From an uncultured delta proteobacterium (GTDB taxonomy: Bacteria > Desulfobacterota > Desulfuromonadia > Geobacterales > DSM-12255): 64,000 nucleotides of DNA. The position numbers were made by a program, and so were the translations under genes. Location: assembly GCA_963787125.1 (NCBI GenBank), contig CAWBBV010000023.1, positions 1 to 64,000 of the forward strand, read 5' to 3'. Shown here one piece after another: positions 60,708 to 64,000 of the stretch. Below the pieces are notes generated by a model. It searched no databases. It was not told where the DNA came from and saw only the letters and a program-made list of their open reading frames with translations. Every line of letters begins with the position of its first letter. The first letter of the stretch is position 1.

Positions 60708-60994
60708 AGTATCTCTCCTGATCCTCCAATCGTTTGCAACTTTACTGCCGTTCTGGCGAAAATTATAACTGACCGCTTTCACAATGGCCATTCTTTGCGG
60801 TTGCTGCCCCAGAGGCAGTTTAATGGTTATTAAAAGGGCATAGTTTCATGCGTACGCAAGAAGATAAAGCATCAGGCCGGGAGAATTTATGTGTGGAAGC
60901 GTTAACTAGCCGTAATTACAGTAGTTAATGCAGTGTAGACTTCGGCATGTGTTGTGTAAGGTCAGATATAGCCCTGCTGCTATGGAGGTTAATG

Positions 60995-61432
60995 ATGGCC
61001 TATATAACTTTTTACACTAAGCCTGGCTGTGCAACTGCTGCCAAACAGCTGGAACTGCTGCGACGATCAGGGCACTCGGTTGAAGTGCACGACCTGATAA
61101 CCCACCCTTGGGCGGCAGTCGAACTAATGTCTTATTTTGGCGAAATGCCGGTGGATCTGTGGTTCAACCCCAATTCACCGCGGGTAAAATCGGGCGAAAT
61201 AGATCCGCTCTGCTACGATACGAGTACTGCGCTCAAACTTATGCAGGAAGATCACCTGCTGATCCGCAGGCCGCTGATGGAATCCCGTGGGATGCGGCTT
61301 TGCGGCTTTGATCCTGCAAAAGTTCATACCATGGTCGGATTGATATTTCCGGCTGAAGCTGTTGCGATGAGTGCGGATTTTCAGACATGTTCGCAGCCAG
61401 CAGCAAGCACCGGGTCGGCAACTTGCCTGTGA
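60995..61432 (+). CDS. ArsC/Spx-family nitrogenase-associated protein
   Basis: FYTKPGC..KQ, WFN..SPRVKSGEI, LIRRPLM, CGFD; GGAGG RBS. Confidence 0.78.
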   Translation: MAYITFYTKPGCATAAKQLELLRRSGHSVEVHDLITHPWAAVELMSYFGEMPVDLWFNPNSPRVKSGEIDPLCYDTSTALKLMQEDHLLIRRPLMESRGMRLCGFDPAKVHTMVGLIFPAEAVAMSADFQTCSQPAASTGSATCL

Positions 61433-61449
61433 AGTTGCTGTGCACACCG

Positions 61450-61545
61450 GCAGCTTTCCACTTCGATCCTTTCCAGCAGCTGTAACGCAGTCTGATGGTC
61501 ATGCTGTTCGAACAGCTCCATCAAGTTATTTACGTTACAGTGAAG
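61450..61545 (-). pseudogene. Probable C-terminal remnant of N2-fixation sustaining protein CowN
   Basis: LHCNVNNLMELFEQHDHQTALQLLERIEVESC resembles the CowN C-terminus as recalled; N-terminal part and stop missing. Confidence 0.45.
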
Positions 61546-61561
61546 TTCAGGGGATAGAGCG

Positions 61562-62182
61562 ATGATAATTACAAGGCAAACCACGGCGAGTTTTGACGTG
61601 GATGCACAAAAAGGTTTTACTCCGCTCTGCCCGGAGGAGTTGCCGGTTACCGGCGGGGAGACTCTGGCGGCGGTACTCAACCGCCAGGCCGGCCTGGCCC
61701 GGCTGAGAATCGGTTCCAAGGATGCCCATCCAGTAACAGCGGTGTGGCGTGCGGTAACAGGGGCGCCGCAGTTTTCAAAGGTAGCGGGGAAGAACGTAGA
61801 TATTCGCTGGAATCTACACTGTGTGCCGGGGACGCTGGGGCATGAGCTCATCGACGGCTTGCCTCACCCGGCGGACTACGACTTTTTCGTGCAGAAGGGA
61901 ATCGAACCGGATATGCACCCCTACGGCGCCTGTTATCACGACCTGGCAGAGCGACAGAGCACCGGCGTTATCGAGTTTTTGCAATACAACAGTATTAAAA
62001 CAGTGCTTGTCGGCGGCCTGGCTACCGACTACTGTGTGAAAACCACGGCACTGCAGCTTCGCCGGGGAGGGTTGGAGGTTATTGTTAATCTGGCCGCCTG
62101 TCGGGGGATCTCCGCTGACACCGTTTTGATGGCGGTGGATGAGCTGGCTGCGGCCGGCATTATTGTGGTAGAGGCCCTCTGA
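61562..62182 (+). CDS. pncA: Nicotinamidase (isochorismatase family)
   Basis: DVDAQKGF, KDAH, WNLHCV, QKG, GLATDYCVKTTA; upstream of pncB. Confidence 0.85.
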   Translation: MIITRQTTASFDVDAQKGFTPLCPEELPVTGGETLAAVLNRQAGLARLRIGSKDAHPVTAVWRAVTGAPQFSKVAGKNVDIRWNLHCVPGTLGHELIDGLPHPADYDFFVQKGIEPDMHPYGACYHDLAERQSTGVIEFLQYNSIKTVLVGGLATDYCVKTTALQLRRGGLEVIVNLAACRGISADTVLMAVDELAAAGIIVVEAL

Positions 62183-62201
62183 AAGCGGGAAAGGGATTAT
62201 T

Positions 62202-63395
62202 ATGAAGCAGGACAAACCGATAATCCGGACTTTGATGGATACGGATCGCTATAAGTTTTCCATGCAGAAAGTCTTCCTCCACCATTACCCGGCAGCCCGG
62301 GCCCGTTACCGGTTGCACTGCCGCACTGGAGGGGCGAACCTGGGCAGGTATGCTGACGAGATCCGTGAACAGGTGCGCCACCTGGATTCGCTCACTTTCA
62401 GCCGGGAAGAGCTTGACTATCTCGGCAGCATTCCGTCACTTGCCGGTGATTATATCGACTTCCTGAGAGTTTTTCGGCTGGACAGCAGCAGCGTCAGGAT
62501 TGAAGCCCGGGGCGATGAACTGATCATCGAAGCCCAGGGGCCGATGGTCTATGTCATGCCGTTCGAGCTGTATATCCTGCCGATTGTGCAGGAGGTTTAC
62601 ACGCGCCGGACGTACCCCGGCGAAAACTATGCTGAGGCGGAGCGCCGTCTTGACGAAAAGATCGCCTATGTTAAAAACTCCGACATGGCTGGTGATTTCC
62701 GCTATGCGGATTTTGGCAGTCGCCGCCGGGAGAGCCGGGAGTGGCACGATGTTACCGTCAGGCGGCAGGCCGAAGCGCTGCCGGACAACTTTATCGGCAC
62801 GAGCAATATGTGGCTGGCGATGAAATACGGCCTGACGCCGGTCGGCACCATGGCCCACGAATATCTGCAGGCATTCCAGGCGCTCGGCCCCCGGCTGGTG
62901 GACAGCCAGAAGGCCGCGCTGGAAACCTGGGTACGGGAGTTTCGCGGTGACCTGGGGATTGCGCTCACAGATGTGGTGGGGATGGATGCGTTTCTACGCG
63001 ATCTTGATCTCTACTTTGCCAAGCTCCTCGACGGCTTCCGCCAGGATTCCGGTCAGCCGGTCAAGTGGACCTGGAAACTGGTTCAGCGGCTCCGTGAGCT
63101 TCACCTCGACCCCTTGACAAAAAGTGCCGTCTACAGCGACGGCCTGACCCTGATTACGGCCATCTCCCTCCATCGCCTTGTGCGCCATTCGATCCGGCCG
63201 GTGTTCGGCATCGGCACCCATCTGACCAATGACTTCGGCCGACCGCCGCTGAACCTGGTGATGAAGATGGTCGAGTGCAATGGCCAGCCCGTGGCTAAAA
63301 TTTCCGATTCCCCCGGCAAAGGGCTCTGTGATAATGAAAACTTCATGCGCTACCTTAAACAGGTGTTCCGGATCCCTGCGGATACGATCGATTGA
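62202..63395 (+). CDS. pncB: Nicotinate phosphoribosyltransferase
   Basis: DTDRYKFSM, DFGSRRR, GTSN, GTMAHE, RQDSG, SDGL, FGIGTHLTND, KISDSPGK. Confidence 0.94.
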   Translation: MKQDKPIIRTLMDTDRYKFSMQKVFLHHYPAARARYRLHCRTGGANLGRYADEIREQVRHLDSLTFSREELDYLGSIPSLAGDYIDFLRVFRLDSSSVRIEARGDELIIEAQGPMVYVMPFELYILPIVQEVYTRRTYPGENYAEAERRLDEKIAYVKNSDMAGDFRYADFGSRRRESREWHDVTVRRQAEALPDNFIGTSNMWLAMKYGLTPVGTMAHEYLQAFQALGPRLVDSQKAALETWVREFRGDLGIALTDVVGMDAFLRDLDLYFAKLLDGFRQDSGQPVKWTWKLVQRLRELHLDPLTKSAVYSDGLTLITAISLHRLVRHSIRPVFGIGTHLTNDFGRPPLNLVMKMVECNGQPVAKISDSPGKGLCDNENFMRYLKQVFRIPADTID

Positions 63396-64000
63396 CAGGA
63401 GCCCCCCCCTGACTACTTCCCGTGCATCAGGATAAAATCTGCTGAAAGTTGCAGCAGAACAAAGGCCCTCTGATTACTGATTAGTTGTAACTGGCTGAAA
63501 CTACAGTTTATATTTTTTTAAAAATATTGGCATGCGTTATGTAGTGTTGACTATAGCGATATGCCTTCTAATTTTTTAAATATCAGGCTTTACATGTCGT
63601 TATGTATATTTATTTATAACGATACTGTATTTTGATCGGAGTTATTCACCATGAGGGGAACTGAAACAAAAGCTCATTACATAGGGGGATGGAGATGAAA
63701 AAGGTTTTGGTAGCTGTGGGCATAATAGCGGCAAGAACGCCACTGACGATAATCAGATCAGGTTACTAGGTACAGATGCTCTTATAAAGTCTGAAGTTTC
63801 AGCGGTATACGAACAATGACAATGCTAAAGATAGTGTTGCTTCCAACTCTGTTCGGAGTAAACTTAAATGACTATAGCGAGATTTAAAGCATCTGCTTCG
63901 CGGAGAGTAAGAGCATGAAGTGCAGCAATAATACTCTGGGTCTTAGCGGTAACCTCTGGTTCAATCAGGCAGAAAACAAGTTTCTTGGTGGTGACCGGAT

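Noticed and set aside
60836..60958. Sigma54 promoter for the arsC-like gene
   Set aside because: Candidates have either 11-nt spacing or GT instead of GC at -12; not supportable
63548..63880. 12-nt direct repeat TGACTATAGCGA at 63548 and 63869
   Set aside because: Two copies only, no associated element; could be chance

Overview
Bacterial chromosome segment; gene content and protein styles suggest Geobacteraceae/Desulfuromonadia (inference, no search run). 1-10.9 kb (+): housekeeping block smc(3' end)-roadblock-ftsY-ilvD-ilvB-ilvN-ilvC-psd-pssA, then a Leu T-box riboswitch and leuA; a GTAG-type REP doublet sits between ilvB and ilvN. 11-15.2 kb (-): MCE operon without an ATPase (hairpin-repeat protein, MlaE, long MlaD, CruF/DUF422-like membrane protein). 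15.3-29.5 kb (-): the strongest candidate for an undescribed system, a five-gene envelope locus: ~3140-aa surface protein ending in a dockerin-like domain, a cohesin-like lipoprotein, a TPR/beta-barrel (Slam/DUF560-like) outer-membrane protein, a FecR-domain protein and a CHASE2 class III nucleotide cyclase. 29.8-34.9 kb: leuD, leuC, LOG, cold-shock protein, rhomboid, receiver. 35-43.9 kb: signalling cluster whose two hybrid kinases share a ~1.05-kb near-identical segment. 44-54.8 kb: nitrogen-linked region (sigma54-driven ANTAR regulator with Glu at the phosphoacceptor position, OYE, sigma54-driven nifV plus macro-like protein, then cpATP-grasp/alpha-E/transglutaminase/two M14 peptidases/GATase). 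54.9-60.2 kb: defence islet (vapBC, phd-relE, MmeI-like restriction-modification gene with an AT-rich specificity region, an in-frame palindromic insertion and a duplicated 3' tail). 60.4-64 kb: Zn-ribbon protein, nitrogenase-associated ArsC-like protein, a probable cowN remnant, pncA-pncB. No rRNA, tRNA, CRISPR array or transposase was recognised. All family assignments come from motif recognition by eye.
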